A DNA stretch of 64,000 nt from the NCBI RefSeq assembly GCF_032191835.1, contig NC_083243.1, positions 182,342,001 through 182,406,000 of the forward strand, in the 5' to 3' direction. Position 1 is the first letter of the stretch. The number at the start of each line of letters is the position of its first letter. Origin of the DNA: Heteronotia binoei (lineage: Eukaryota). This document shows positions 1 through 11,645 of this stretch, in pieces. The notes below the pieces were generated by a model. That model worked only from the letters and a program-made list of their open reading frames with translations, did not search any database and had not been told where the DNA came from. Both the position numbers and the translations under genes were made by a program.

Positions 1-29
1 GGAACAGCATGAGGGAAAAGTCAATGGTC

Positions 30-470
30 TAGAAAAGGCAGCAGGGATTTAGCATGAGCTTCTTGGCATAATTCCAGTTCTTTGCATTGTCCTTGACTTG
101 AACAATCTTTTCCATGATTTCTTGATTCTTTTTTTGGGTGTGTGTAAGTCCTGTTATATCTTGTCTCAAGATTGAAAGTTCATTTTTGATATGATCAAAA
201 GTGTTTTCTTGACCTTATTTGACTTGCTTAATCTGCTCCTGGATTCCTTCTTCTATCTGGGTTACTTTGTGATACATTTGATCTTCAGATTGTTGGATTT
301 GAGAGGAAAGTGTATCTGATTGTCTTTATATGCTCTACCAAACCATCTTGCAATTTTTTCCAAACATTCTGCCATGTCAAAATCCTTTTCTCCTTTGATC
401 TTTTTTCCTCTTTGGTCTGTAACATCATTCTGTGTCTGTATCTTCTATATAAGCTTTTCATTTACTTATA
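30..470 (-). pseudogene. Decayed coiled-coil coding-like segment, possibly an L1 ORF1 remnant
   Basis: The minus strand reads, with stops and frameshifts, SSQIQQSEDQMYHKVTQIEEGIQEQIKQVK*GQENTFDHIKNELSILRQDITGL. This is Q/E/K-rich and heptad-like. No diagnostic motif was seen. Confidence 0.3.
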
Positions 471-638
471 TCATCAATATATGCACTATTACTGTAACAC
501 TTTAAAGTAGCCTATAACTTTGATTTATTAGACAAAATATCTAATAAATAAATATGGCAGTGTTATTTTTTAAAAAATAATTCAAATTAACAAGATTCAT
601 CAAATTATATCAAAATATATAACCATAATAGAGACGCT

Positions 639-800
639 NNNNNNNNNNNNNNNNNNNNNNNNNNNNNNNNNNNNNNNNNNNNNNNNNNNNNNNNNNNNNN
701 NNNNNNNNNNNNNNNNNNNNNNNNNNNNNNNNNNNNNNNNNNNNNNNNNNNNNNNNNNNNNNNNNNNNNNNNNNNNNNNNNNNNNNNNNNNNNNNNNNNN
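639..800. other. Assembly gap (N run)
   Basis: Run of n characters. Confidence 1.
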
Positions 801-1020
801 CAGAAAGAGGCAGAAAAGCTCCTTTGCAGTAAAGGTCTCAATTACACATATTACAAATTATGAATATTTTAGAAAGTCCTAAAGTCACAAATGCATAAGT
901 CAAATCATTTACACAACAGAAACCATTATTCATGAACAGGTTACCACACAATACAATTGAAAGGGAACCAATTTCACTCTTAGCAAGCACCCTCCATTCC
1001 ACCCTCCATTGTACCCAAAT

Positions 1021-2145
1021 TGAACAAACATGTGGACAAAGAAGACCCAATATATGCTGTTTACTTTGACTTCCAGAAAGCTTTTGATAAAGTTCCTCAT
1101 CAAAGGCTCCTTAGAAAGCTCGAGAGTCATGGAGTAAAAGGACAGGTCCTCTTGTGGATCAAAAACTGGCTGAGTAATAGGAAGCAGAGAGTGAGTATAA
1201 ATGGGCAGTCTTCGCAGTGGAGGACGGTAAGCAGTGGGGTGCCGCAGGGCTCGGTACTGGGTCCCATGCTCTTTAACTTGTTCATAAATGATTTGGAGTT
1301 GGGAGTGAGCAGTGAAGTGGCCAAGTTTGCAGATTACACTAAATTGTTCAGGGTGGTGAGAAACAAAGAGGATTGTGAGGAACTCCAAAGGGATCTGTTG
1401 AGGCTGGGTGAGTGGATGTCAACGTGGCAGATGAGGTTCAATGTGGCCAAGTGCAAAGTAATGCACATTGCGGCCAAGAATCCAGCTACAAATACAAGTT
1501 GATGGGGTGTGAAATGGCAGAGACTGACCAAGAGAGAGATCTTGGGATCGTGGTAGATAACTCACTGAAAATGTTAAGACAGTGTGCAATTGCAAAAAAA
1601 AAGGCCAATGCCATGCTGGGAATTATTAGGAAGGGAATTGAAAACAAATCAGCCGATATCATAATGCCCCTGTATAAATCGATGATGCGGTCTCATTTGG
1701 AATACTGTGTGCAATTCTGGTCGCCGCACCTCCAAAAGGATATTATAGCATTGGAAAAAGTGCAGAAAAGGACAACTAGAATGATTAAAGGTTTGGAACA
1801 CTTTCCCTATGAAGAAAGGTTAAAACGGTTGGGGCTCTTTAGCTTGGAGAAACGTCGACTGCGGGGGTGACATGGTAGAGGTTTACAAGATTATGCTTGG
1901 GATGGAGAAAGTAGAGAAAAAAGTACTTTTCTCCCTTTCTCACAATACAAGAACTTGTGGGCATTCGATGAAATTGCTGAGCAGTCAGGTTAAACAGATA
2001 AAAGGAAGTACTTCTTCACCCAAAGGGTGATTAACATGTGAATTCACTGCCACAGGAGGTGGTGGCGGCTACAAGCATAGACAGCTTCAAGAGGGGGTTA
2101 GATAAAAATATGGAGCAGAGGTCCATTCAGTGGTTATTAGCCACA

Positions 2146-2197
<52 letters not shown>

Positions 2198-2282
2198 ATA
2201 ATTTTTTTGCCACTGTGGTGACACAGAGTGTTGGACTGGATGGGCCATTGGCCTGATCCAACATGGCTTCTCTTATGTTCTT
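1021..2282 (+). mobile_element. CR1 LINE, 5'-truncated, RT C-terminal half plus 3' UTR
   Basis: ORFs 1020-1502 (YFDFQKAFDKVPHQRLL, GVPQGSVLGP, KFADYTKL) and 1412-1870 ([13 protein letters not shown]). Ends in ggcttctcttatgttctt. Frameshifted. Confidence 0.95.
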
Positions 2283-2539
2283 AATATAGGATGAATCCAA
2301 AGAGTCCTATCTCAGCAGTATACATCCTCAAGAATTCCAAGTTCAGCTAAGGTCAACAGAATTCTATCATCATATGGAAGGTTGCAAAAGTGTAAAAGAC
2401 TGTTCTAGTGTTTTGTCAAACTTTGAAAAAGTGCCAGTAAAACAAGAGCTGAGGCCAGTACTTCTCGTTAGCTGAGCTTATGGGTTTGGGTTACCTGTTC
2501 ATGAATAATGGTTCCCTATGTGTAAATGATTCTATGACT

Positions 2540-2707
2540 CAGGGGTGGAATTCTAGCAGGAGCTCCTTTGCATATTAGGCCAGACACCCCTGCTATAGCC
2601 AATCTCCAAGAGCTTACAAAAAAGAGCCTTGTAAACTTGGAGGATTGGGTACATCAGGGGTGTGTGGCCTAATATGTAAAAGAGCTCCTGCTAGAATTCC
2701 ACCCCTG
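2540..2707. mobile_element. hAT-type MITE, 168 bp
   Basis: Long terminal inverted repeats (TIRs) caggggtggaattctagcaggagctc / gagctcctgctagaattccacccctg. Exact 8-bp TSD CTATGACT at 2532-2539 and 2708-2715. Confidence 0.92.
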
Positions 2708-2737
2708 CTATGACTTATGCATTTGTGACTTTAAGGA

Positions 2738-3333
2738 CAAGGGTGTCGAACGCATTTGTTATGAGTGCCGGACTGACACAAAAGAGACCTTGTTGGGCTC
2801 AGTCATGTCTGGTTGGGCTGAGTCATGTCGGGCCGGGACATATGTGTACCTATTTAAGATTAGGTAGCAGAGATATACATTTTATAATGAACACAAACAC
2901 AAATATATATATTTTAAAAAAAACTTAAAACATGTTTAAAACATTAGCACTCATTGGTCTTAAAGGTGTGTTCTTTGTATTTCTGCCATGGGATCCAGGG
3001 AACTGAGCAAAGGAAGCTCTGGCTCTTTCCTTCCTTCCCCAGGGACCTGAGGGAAAGGAGTCAATAGAAGGAAGAGAGACTTAGCACAGTAGCTCTGCTG
3101 TGTGATTGAGAGAGTCTGGCAAAACAAGCTATTCCTGCCCAAGGGAGGGGCCTCACTCAATGGATTTTGTTCTAAAGCTCCTGTGTGATTGAGCAAGCCT
3201 GGCAAAGCAAGCTGTGATGCAGAAGGAAGAAAGAGAGAGGGAGAAGGAAGCCGATGACAGCCAGTTGCTCGGGGACCTGATAGAAGCCCCTCTGGGGGCC
3301 TGATTCGGCTCCTGAACTGCGTATTTGACACAT
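2738..3333. mobile_element. Non-autonomous hAT-like DNA transposon with degenerate right end
   Basis: Starts caagggtgtcgaac and ends gtatttgacac (imperfect TIR). Interrupts the inverted repeat shared with 801-945. No TSD recovered. Confidence 0.65.
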
Positions 3334-5049
3334 ACATTGGTAATACCTGTAACTGAAACCTTTACTGCACCGGGGGCTTTTCTCACTCTTCCTGTGCATC
3401 CTTCCTGTGCTGAACAGGAGCAAGCAGGCAGGTCTAGTTAAGTCATGCCAGTCACCCAGAGGGGGCTGCCAGGGGGAAATAAGCGGGGCCTTAACCTCCT
3501 GGATATTTGTGTGGCCTTTGGCTGGCCTGCATGTGCTGGTAGGCCTTTTGTGAGGCCACAGTAGCTCTGTAGCCCTTTGTAAGGCTGGTTAACAGAAAGA
3601 GTTTGACTGTCTCTAAGGTGTTAAGACTGGGTTGAGTATTCCTGGGTTGAGGAGGAAGGTCTCAGGAAGTTGCTCAGTGTTGAGCGTTATTGTTTTGCTG
3701 TGGCAGAGTTGTGTGTGTGGTGTGTAGGGGGGGGGGGGGACTGTCAGGTCTTATGAGAGATAGGGCGTAGGGGGAGGGGTAGAGGGGAAGGGGAGATTAT
3801 CGGCCTGGTGGGGGGGGGGCGGGGGCAGGCGGGGGGGGGTCAGAAGGATCAGCGGCCTTCTGATGGGATTTCTGGCCTGACAGGTCCAGGCAGTAGGGTT
3901 GGTCAGAGCAGGATAATGGATAGGGAAGGACAGTGGGTGAGAGGGACAGTGACAGAGTGCAGGCCACTCCTGCGGTAGCCAACACTTGCAATAAAATTGA
4001 GGAGGACCGAAGCCAACTACCAGCTTCCGTTTTGTTATATCTACGATGATAGAAGAACTAGTAATGTGAAATCATCCTCAAACTGTAATCCTAGCATTTA
4101 TACAGGTTTAATAGATTTTATATAGTGCTGATAGCGCATCTCTTTCATTGTCTTAACAAGCCTATTGTGAAACTTGTAAAACGTGAGTAACCTGCAATAT
4201 CTCCGAGATGAAAATAAGGATTACATTTGTAACACTCTGATTCTTTTACCAATGATCACTATCCAGTTGCTCCCCATTATATGTTTTTTAAAGGCCCTAC
4301 TCTATCTGGTACATATATTTACTTTGCAATCATCAGTCTTTGTCTAATTTAAAACCCAGAAGCAGATTTGTTCTATTAAGTAAAGTTATATAACATGAAA
4401 TCCTTTACAGCCTATCGTGATTTGGTTTGATTTGGAAATGGAATTGCTTCTGTGTTGTCGATTTGGACATATTTTACACATCTACAGGCAGCAGCCTGGG
4501 CTTGGGCACGCTGTGCTCTGGCACCCCATACCCCTTTGGAAGCCAATGGGTGGCGCCATAGATCTGCCCACACCCGAGTGGCTGGCCGCCACATATGTCT
4601 GGATTGGGCTATTAGTGACTGTTTGAATTGATAGTGTTATTTTTGGCAAAACTCCTCATGTAGAGAATAGTTCCTTGTACTCTGCTATTTTATTACATTT
4701 CTATTATGCTTGCATAAGATGGAGTCCTTTTGATTAGCAACTGGCAAGGTTTGACACCTTGTTAGTCAGCATCAGCAGTCACTTTTGTAATCAACCACCC
4801 TCACTTCTGTCAATGTGTGAGATTAGCTGATCCATTTGGGGCCAAATATAACTGGGTGGGTTCTCTGACTGATTGCTGAAACAATTTTTTTTAACTTTTG
4901 TTTTTGACTTTTGTTTTCCTAATTTGAAAGGTGTTGGGTTTAAGCCCAGGCAGACCCTGACTGGGTACATTAGAATACTGTGGTGTTTTGCTTAAGGTAA
5001 GAATATTTGGTGAGCAAACTGATTTGCCATTGCTTTCTTCTGCACTGCC

Positions 5050-5117
5050 TTCCTTGGTGGTCTCCCAACCCTGATTAGCTCAAGAGATCTGATGAGACTG
5101 GGCTATACCATGCTGCC
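5050..5117 (-). mobile_element. 5S rRNA-derived SINE fragment
   Basis: ggtctccc...gattagctcaagagatctgatgag resembles the reverse complement of the 5S rRNA internal region. Degenerate. Confidence 0.45.
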
Positions 5118-5171
5118 TTCCTTCCCATCCCACACATGCCAATTTCCCTCCAAATCCAATCCTCCCAATTT

Positions 5172-5391
5172 GGGGAGGGACGGTGGCTCAGTGGTAGAGC
5201 ATCTGCTTGGGAAGCAGAAGGTCCCAGGTTCAATCCCTGGCATCTCCAAAAAAGGGTCCAGGCAAATAGGTGGGGAAAACCTCAGCTTGAAACCCTGGAG
5301 AGCTGCTGCCAGTCTGAGAAGACAATACTGACTTTGATGGACCAAGTGTCTGATTCAGTATAAGGCAGCTTCATATGTTCATATATGTTCA
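5172..5391 (+). mobile_element. tRNA-derived SINE
   Basis: A box ggctcagtgg, B box ggttcaatccc, tail (catatgtt)n. Near-identical copy at 13143-13360. Confidence 0.9.
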
Positions 5392-5476
5392 ATCCACACA
5401 AAAAAACAGATCACTGAGCACAAATCCATGGATATATGAGGCTTGCTCTGCCAATATTACTAACAACCCTTTTTGA

Positions 5477-5710
5477 TGAACAAAAGCAGGAGTCAAGTTT
5501 CACCTTTAAGACCAACCAAGTTTTATTTAGAACGTAAGCTTTCGTTTGCTCTCTAAGCACACTTCATCAGATGAGGGGATCAGGTATCGTCAGATGAAGT
5601 GTGCTTAGAGAGCACACGAAAGCTTACGCTCTAAATAAAACTTGGTTGGCCTTGCAACTTGACTCCTGCTTTGTTCAACTGCTTCAGACCAACACGGCTG
5701 CATACCTGGA
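5477..5710. mobile_element. Penelope-like element terminus as an inverted pair
   Basis: aagcaggagtcaag...ctctctaagcacacttcatc is followed by its inverse gatgaagtgtgcttagagag...cttgactcctgctt. This matches the inverted pseudo-LTR arrangement known for Penelope insertions. Confidence 0.7.
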
Positions 5711-6529
5711 ACCCTGTTTGATGGCCCTCCTGTGAGGTGAAAGGAGATGGCAGCTGCTCCCAAAGGCTCCCAAAAGTTCTTAAGGAATGTGGGGAGCTGT
5801 GAGGGATTCCCACTGGAAGGGTCAGGTTTCCCTTGTCTCTGGGTGACATGGCACTTTATTTGCCTGCTTACTGGCTAGTTGCAAAGGCAGACAGAGATAG
5901 TGTTCTGAGATACTTGAGGGAGATGCATGTTCTTCATTTTGAGAGAAATAAGCCTCACCTATATATGAAATGTAAATAGGGGCAGTCGTAGTATCAGGTC
6001 AGAATTATCATCCCCATATTTAGAATGTGCATTACAGTATCCTCAGTCTGAAAACCTACTAGAAAATGACTTTTTTTCAGTTTGTTTTGGAGACACCCAA
6101 CAAAACATTCATGACATAATTAGTTGGGGGAGGAGTATGGATCCTACTTTCCCCCTCTTTGGCCTGTTTCTTGTGTTTCACATGCAAAAGAAGGAGGGAA
6201 GAAAAGAAGACAGCTCTGCCACCCAGTCAGAGCCAGCCCATCCATTAAGCAGTCCTGGGCAGTGTCGTTTTGGGCCCTCCCTCCCAGGGGGGCAAGGGTG
6301 GAGGAGGAAGGGGGTGGGGCCTTGCCTCAGTTGCCAGATGCCCTAAAGCCAGGCGTGCACCCAGTAGGATCCAAAGGGAGAATCATGAGAGAGCTGTCCT
6401 AGGTCAACCAGCACTAGTGAGATTTTCATATTAGATATTTATTCTGTTTGGATTCTCACATTTGACTTTGGTTCTGTTTGGCTGGAGGAAATATGGTATT
6501 TTTCCCCATAGACAACAATGAACACAATG

Positions 6530-6921
6530 AAGAAGAAGAAGAAGAAGATATTGGATTTATATCCTGCCCTCCACTCTGAAGAGTCTCAGAGCGGCTCACA
6601 ATCTCCTTTACCTCCCCTCCCCCCCACAACAGATACCCTCTGAGGTAGATGAAGATATTGGATTTTTTTCCCGCCCTCCACTCTGAAGAGTCTCAGAGCG
6701 GCTTACAATCTTCTATATCTTCTTCCCCCACAACAGACACCCTGTGAGGTGGGTGGGGCTGGAGAGGGCTCTCACAGCAGCTGCCCTTTCAAGGACAACC
6801 TCTGCCAGAGCGATGGCTGACCCAAGGCTACTCTAGCAGGTGCAAGTGGAGGAGTGGGGAATCAAACCCAGTTCTCCCAGATAAGAGTCCGCACACTTAA
6901 CCACTACACCAAACTGGCTCT
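6530..6921 (-). mobile_element. Gecko-type tRNA-head SINE with partially duplicated 3' part
   Basis: Reverse complement of gagagccagtttggtgtagtggttaagtgtgcggactcttatctgggagaac with a (GAA)n tail. The gaagatattggattt...ctctgaagagtctcagagcggct block occurs twice. Confidence 0.9.
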
Positions 6922-7004
6922 CCAACAATGATAGCTAGGACCCTTTGTTTAAAGATTTGTAAAAATGGAGCCCTTCGTCCAATTCCCTTTGAACGTTGGG
7001 AGTC

Positions 7005-7220
7005 TTTGTGTGTGTGAAGTTCCATCAAGTCACAGCCAACTTTTGGCAACCGTGTAGGGTTTTCAAAGCAAGAAACATTCAGAGATGGTTTGCCATTGAC
7101 TACCTCCGCATAGTGACCCTGGAATTCCTTGGTGGTTTCCCAGACAAATAATAACCAGGGGTCCACCTTGCTTAACTTTCATGATTGGATGACATTGGGC
7201 TAGCCTGGACAATCTAGGCC
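7005..7220 (-). mobile_element. 5S rRNA-derived SINE (SINE3-like)
   Basis: Homologous to 27700-27900. The end resembles reverse-complemented 5S (ggtttcccagacaaataataaccagg...ccttgcttaact). Confidence 0.6.
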
Positions 7221-7263
7221 AGAGGTTGTTTTCTTTGGGGGGGGGGGGTGTGAAGAAAACCAT

Positions 7264-7375
7264 GGGTGCATCCACACTACACTAAACAATGCATTTTGCA
7301 ACTGGATTTTTACTATGTAAGAATAGCAAGAATCCAGTTGCAAAATGCATTATTTAGTGTAGTGTGATTGCACCC
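7264..7375. mobile_element. Palindromic MITE (possibly Harbinger-like)
   Basis: Arms gggtgcatccacactacactaaacaatgcattttgcaactggatt / aatccagttgcaaaatgcattatttagtgtagtgtgattgcaccc around a ~22-nt spacer. No clean TSD. Confidence 0.65.
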
Positions 7376-7593
7376 CGTGTGTATTTTCCCCAAAAGAAAC
7401 AATGGTGTCAAGGAGGGCTGGAGGTACAGAAAAAGGACATTTGCTGCAAATTTGGTTCTATTTGCATGGAGGGGGGGGGGACAGCCATTCCAGACCTCCA
7501 AATTATTTCCTTATATGAAACAATGGACTCAAAATTCCAAATCCAACTCCCTTCCAATGGAACACCAGAAAATTTATGATCATAAAGCCAATA

Positions 7594-7893
7594 AAAAAAG
7601 GTAAAGGTAGTCCCCTGTGCAAGCACCAGTCATTTCCAGCTTTGGGGTGACATCACATCACGACGTTTTCATGGCAGACTTTTTTTACAGGGTGCTTTGC
7701 CATTGCCTTCCCCAGTCATCTACACTTTCCCCCCAGCAAGCTGGGTACTCATTTTACCCACCTCAGAAGGATGGAAAGGCTGAGTCAACCTTGAACCGGC
7801 TACCTGAGCCCAACGTCTGCCGGGATTGAACTCAGGTTGTGAGCAGACAGCTCAGACTGCAGTACTGCAGCTTTACCACCCTGCACCACAGGA
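7594..7893 (-). mobile_element. Sauria SINE
   Basis: aaaggtaaaggtagtcccctgtgcaagcacc (reverse complement of the (ACCTTT)n tail) and ggaaggctgagtcaacc-type core. Confidence 0.85.
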
Positions 7894-7949
7894 CTCATAA
7901 TAAATCCAGTACCTTCCCTGAAATTCAGATCTGAAATTAAAAGCTTCCA

Positions 7950-8470
7950 GCCCAGCTTGGTTCAAAGTGCTGATTATGACCTTTAAAGCCCTATATGGCT
8001 TGGGACGTGTCTACCTTCAGGACCGCCTTTCCCCACATGAGCCCCAGAGAGCACTACGATCAAGCTCATTAAGTCTGTTAAAGATCCCCGGGCTAAAGGA
8101 TGCCTGCTTGACCACTACAAGGGCAAGAGCCTTTTCCGTGGCTGTGTCTGCCCTCTGGAATGCCCTCCCTGAGGAGACTAGGGCCCTGCGGGATTTATCA
8201 CAATTCCTCATGGCCTGTAAGACATATCTGTTCAGGCAGGCTTTTAATAACTAGATGGAGGTACTTTTAACATCTGTGGGGATGTACTATCTACCCCACA
8301 ATGTCATCGCAAATTAATTCAAAACAGACAGAACGCCATCTGAACTGTATTTAAATTGTTTTACTATTTTAACTTTTTAATGATGTTTTATTGTTATGAT
8401 GTGAATCTGTCATCGAATTGTGACTGTTGTTAGCCGCCCTGAGCCCGTTTGGGAAGGGCGGGATACAAGT

Positions 8471-8557
<87 letters not shown>

Positions 8558-8558
8558 T
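7950..8558 (+). mobile_element. L2 LINE 3' end with expanded (AAT)n tail
   Basis: ORF 7967-8254 FKALYGLG..YLQDRLSP..ARAFSVAVSALWNALP. Terminal gttagccgccctgagcc...gggcgggatacaa, then ~29 AAT units (8472-8558). Confidence 0.88.
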
Positions 8559-9347
8559 TGCAGATGGAAAGAGGGTGGTGGCCGAAAAAGTTGCTCGTGT
8601 GACACCATCTGCTGTCTTTAAGAACAGGGACAGTTTAAGACAAGGATATGTACTGTAAAAAGGAGAATCTTGAAGGGACTGAACTGTTTTCTGTTTTCCT
8701 AAGTAGATCACCAACACAAACACTACAAAGTCAGGTAGATACAGAAAACATTGATGCTTTCCAACAAAAACACACTCTTCTATTAAAAATCCTATTAAAA
8801 ATCCGCAACTATCTCAGTCTTAATTTTATTTGCCTCAACGCAAAATGAAATTCCTCTAGGTGATAATAATTTTCTACTCTGGGAGACAGTAATCCTAAAC
8901 AAAATTTAACTCAAGTGCTGGCAAAACTAATGTGACTTGACACCAATAATAAACCTTCATCATTCTTATTCTGTATTAAATGTCATCTTATTAGATGATG
9001 CTCAAGTGGAGCAATAGGATAGTGTGAATTATCATCCATTAATAGATGGAGTTCCCTTGTTTCTCCTCTCTCTTGGTTAGACCTTGACAAATATTCACAA
9101 AATTATTTCTTACCAGCTCCATAATGGTGTGTGTGTGTGTGGAGGGGGAAGAGACAGAATATGTTTTTCTTGGGATGTAGTCTTGTTGAACCAATAGGAA
9201 AAAGTCCTAAGGGAGCTATCTTCCTTGTTTGTGCAGAGGACATTACAGGGAACATTTGTGAACGGCTCTCTATTATTTTGGTAGTTGTAAGCAGAGCCAG
9301 ATACTGAAGAGAAAAGTGACAGTGCAAAACTCTGGATCCTTCTGCTG

Positions 9348-9740
9348 GAGAGCCAGTTTGGTGCAGTAGTTAAGGGCGCAGACTCTTATCTGGGAGAACC
9401 GGGTTTGATTCCCCACTCCTCCACTTGCATCTGCTGGAATGGCCTTGGGTCAGCCATAGCTCTGGCAGAGGTTGTCCTTGAAAGGGCAGCTGCTGGGAGA
9501 GGCCTCTCCAGCCCCACCCACCTCACAGGGTGTCTGTTGTGGGGGAGGAAGGGAAAGGAGATTGTAGGCCACTCTGAGCCTCTGTCCCTGAAAGGGCAGC
9601 TGCTGTGAGAGCCCTCTCCAGCCCCACCCACCTCACAGGGTGTCTGTTGTTGGGGAGGAAGGGAAAGGAGATTGTGAGCCGCCCTGAGACTCTTCAGAGT
9701 GGAGGGCGGGATATAAATCCAATATCTTCTTATCTATCTT
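9348..9740 (+). mobile_element. Gecko-type SINE with one extra internal ~110-bp unit
   Basis: Head gagagccagtttggtgcagtagttaag. The aaagggcagctgctg...gggaaaggagattgt block occurs twice, joined by ccactctgagcctctgtccc. Confidence 0.9.
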
Positions 9741-10236
9741 CTAGATCATTAAGAATATTTTTTCCCAATGGTTAGGGAATCACAAGCCTAAATATATCAA
9801 CCACATATAATAATGTGAATAGGAATGGCCTAAATATATCAACCACATATAATAATGATGTAAATAGGAATGGTCCTTAGAAAAGTGTATCTAGGCTAGG
9901 TTGAGTGTTAATTGACAAGATCTTGTGACATGCAGAAATTAAGTTAAACGGGGCTAAACTTACCCCATTCATGAATGCGGTTACTGTAACTAATCAAAAC
10001 AGAACAATTAACTACATTCAAAATAATGAGGAAAGGTTGTTAAATATAATGAGGAAAGGTGCCTTGCTGATTCAGTTTCTGTTTTATTTCCCTGGTGATT
10101 GAATCATCGAGGTGAGGGAGAAAAGAATAACTCAGCAAATATGAGCCTGAAAGGACTGTTATCCAACACAGAGTTTCCTCATATTACCTCTGAACAGATT
10201 CATACTGTTTAGCTTTTCTGTGGACTTTTTACAAGT

Positions 10237-11645
10237 CAAAATTGGAGGCGGGCGAATGTTGTCCCCATCTTCAAGAAGGGGAAAAAAGGCGATCCGAGTA
10301 ACTACCGACCTGTCAGCTTGATGTCTATACCTGGAAAAGTTTTAGAACAAATCACCAAACAGCCGGTCCTGGAACATTTAGAAAGAATGGATGTGATTTC
10401 TAAGAGCCAGCATGGGTTTCTTAAGAACAAGTCATGTCAGACTAACCTGATCTCTTTTTTTGAGAAAGTGACTACCTTGTTGGATCAGGGGAATGCTGTA
10501 GACATCGTTTACCTTGATTTCAGTAAGGCTTTTGATAAGGTTCCACATACTATCCTTGTTGACAAGTTGGTAAAATGTGGTTTGAATCCTGTTAGTGTTA
10601 GGTGGATCTGTAACTGGTTGACAGATCGCACCCAAAGAGTGCTTGTGAATTGTTCCTCATCCTCTTGGAGAGGAGTGACAAGGAGTGCCTCAAAGATCTG
10701 TCCTGGGACCTGTTTTGTTCAGCATCTTTATAAATTATTTGGATGATGGAATAGAGGGAATGCTTATTAAATTTGCCGATGATACTAAATTGGGAGGGGT
10801 TGTAAATACAGTAGAAGACAGAAACAGGATATAGGATGACCCTGACAGGCTGGAAAACCAATAAAATGAATTATAGGGATAAATGTACAGTTCTGCATTT
10901 AGGTAGGAAAAATTCAATGCATGGTTATAGGATGGGAGAGACTTGTATTAGCAGTAGAATGTGCAAAGAGGATCTAGGAGTCTTAGTGGATCATACGCTG
11001 AACATGAGTCAACAATGTGATGCGGTGGCTAAAAAGGCAAATGCAATTTTGGGCTGTATCAACAGAAGTATAGTGTCCAGATCACATGATGTGATGGTAT
11101 CACTTTACTCTGCTCTCACCTGGAGTACTGTGTTCAGTTTTGGGCACCATATTTTAAGAAAAATATAGACAAGCTGGAACAGGTCCAGAGGAGGGTGCGA
11201 AGATGGTAAAGGGTCTGGAGACCAAGTCCTATGAAGAAAGGTTGAAGGAGCTGGGCATGTTTATCCTGCAGAGGAGGTGGCTGAGAGGTGATGTGATCAC
11301 CAAGGACTTGAAGAGCTGTCATATAGAGGATGGTGTGGAATTGTTTTCTGTGGCCCCAGAAGGTAGGACCAGAACCAATGGGTTGAAATTAAATCAAAAG
11401 AGTTTCCGGCTCAACATTAGGAAGAACTTCCTGACCGTTAGAGCAATTCCTCAGTGGAACAGGCTTCCTCGGGAGGTGGTGGCCTCTCCTTCCTTGGAGG
11501 TTTTTAAACAGAGGCTAGATGGCCATCTGACAGCAATGAAGATCCTGTGAATTTAGGGGGAGGTGTTTGTGAGTTTCCTGCATTGTGCAGGGAGTTGAAC
11601 TAGATGACCCTGGAGGTCCCTTCCAACTCTATGATTCTATGATTT
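10237..11645 (+). mobile_element. CR1 LINE (second subfamily), 5'-truncated
   Basis: NYRPVSL, KSCQTNLISFF, YLDFSKAFDKVPH, FADDTKL in frameshifted ORFs. Tail tatgattctatgatt. Confidence 0.95.

Noticed and set aside
5172-5245. tRNA gene (also at 13143)
   Set aside because: The A/B boxes run straight into a shared SINE body and tail; no complete cloverleaf is evident.
8369-8723. ORFs with poly-Y, poly-I, poly-L and poly-N tracts
   Set aside because: They are translations of the (AAT)n microsatellite tail of an L2.
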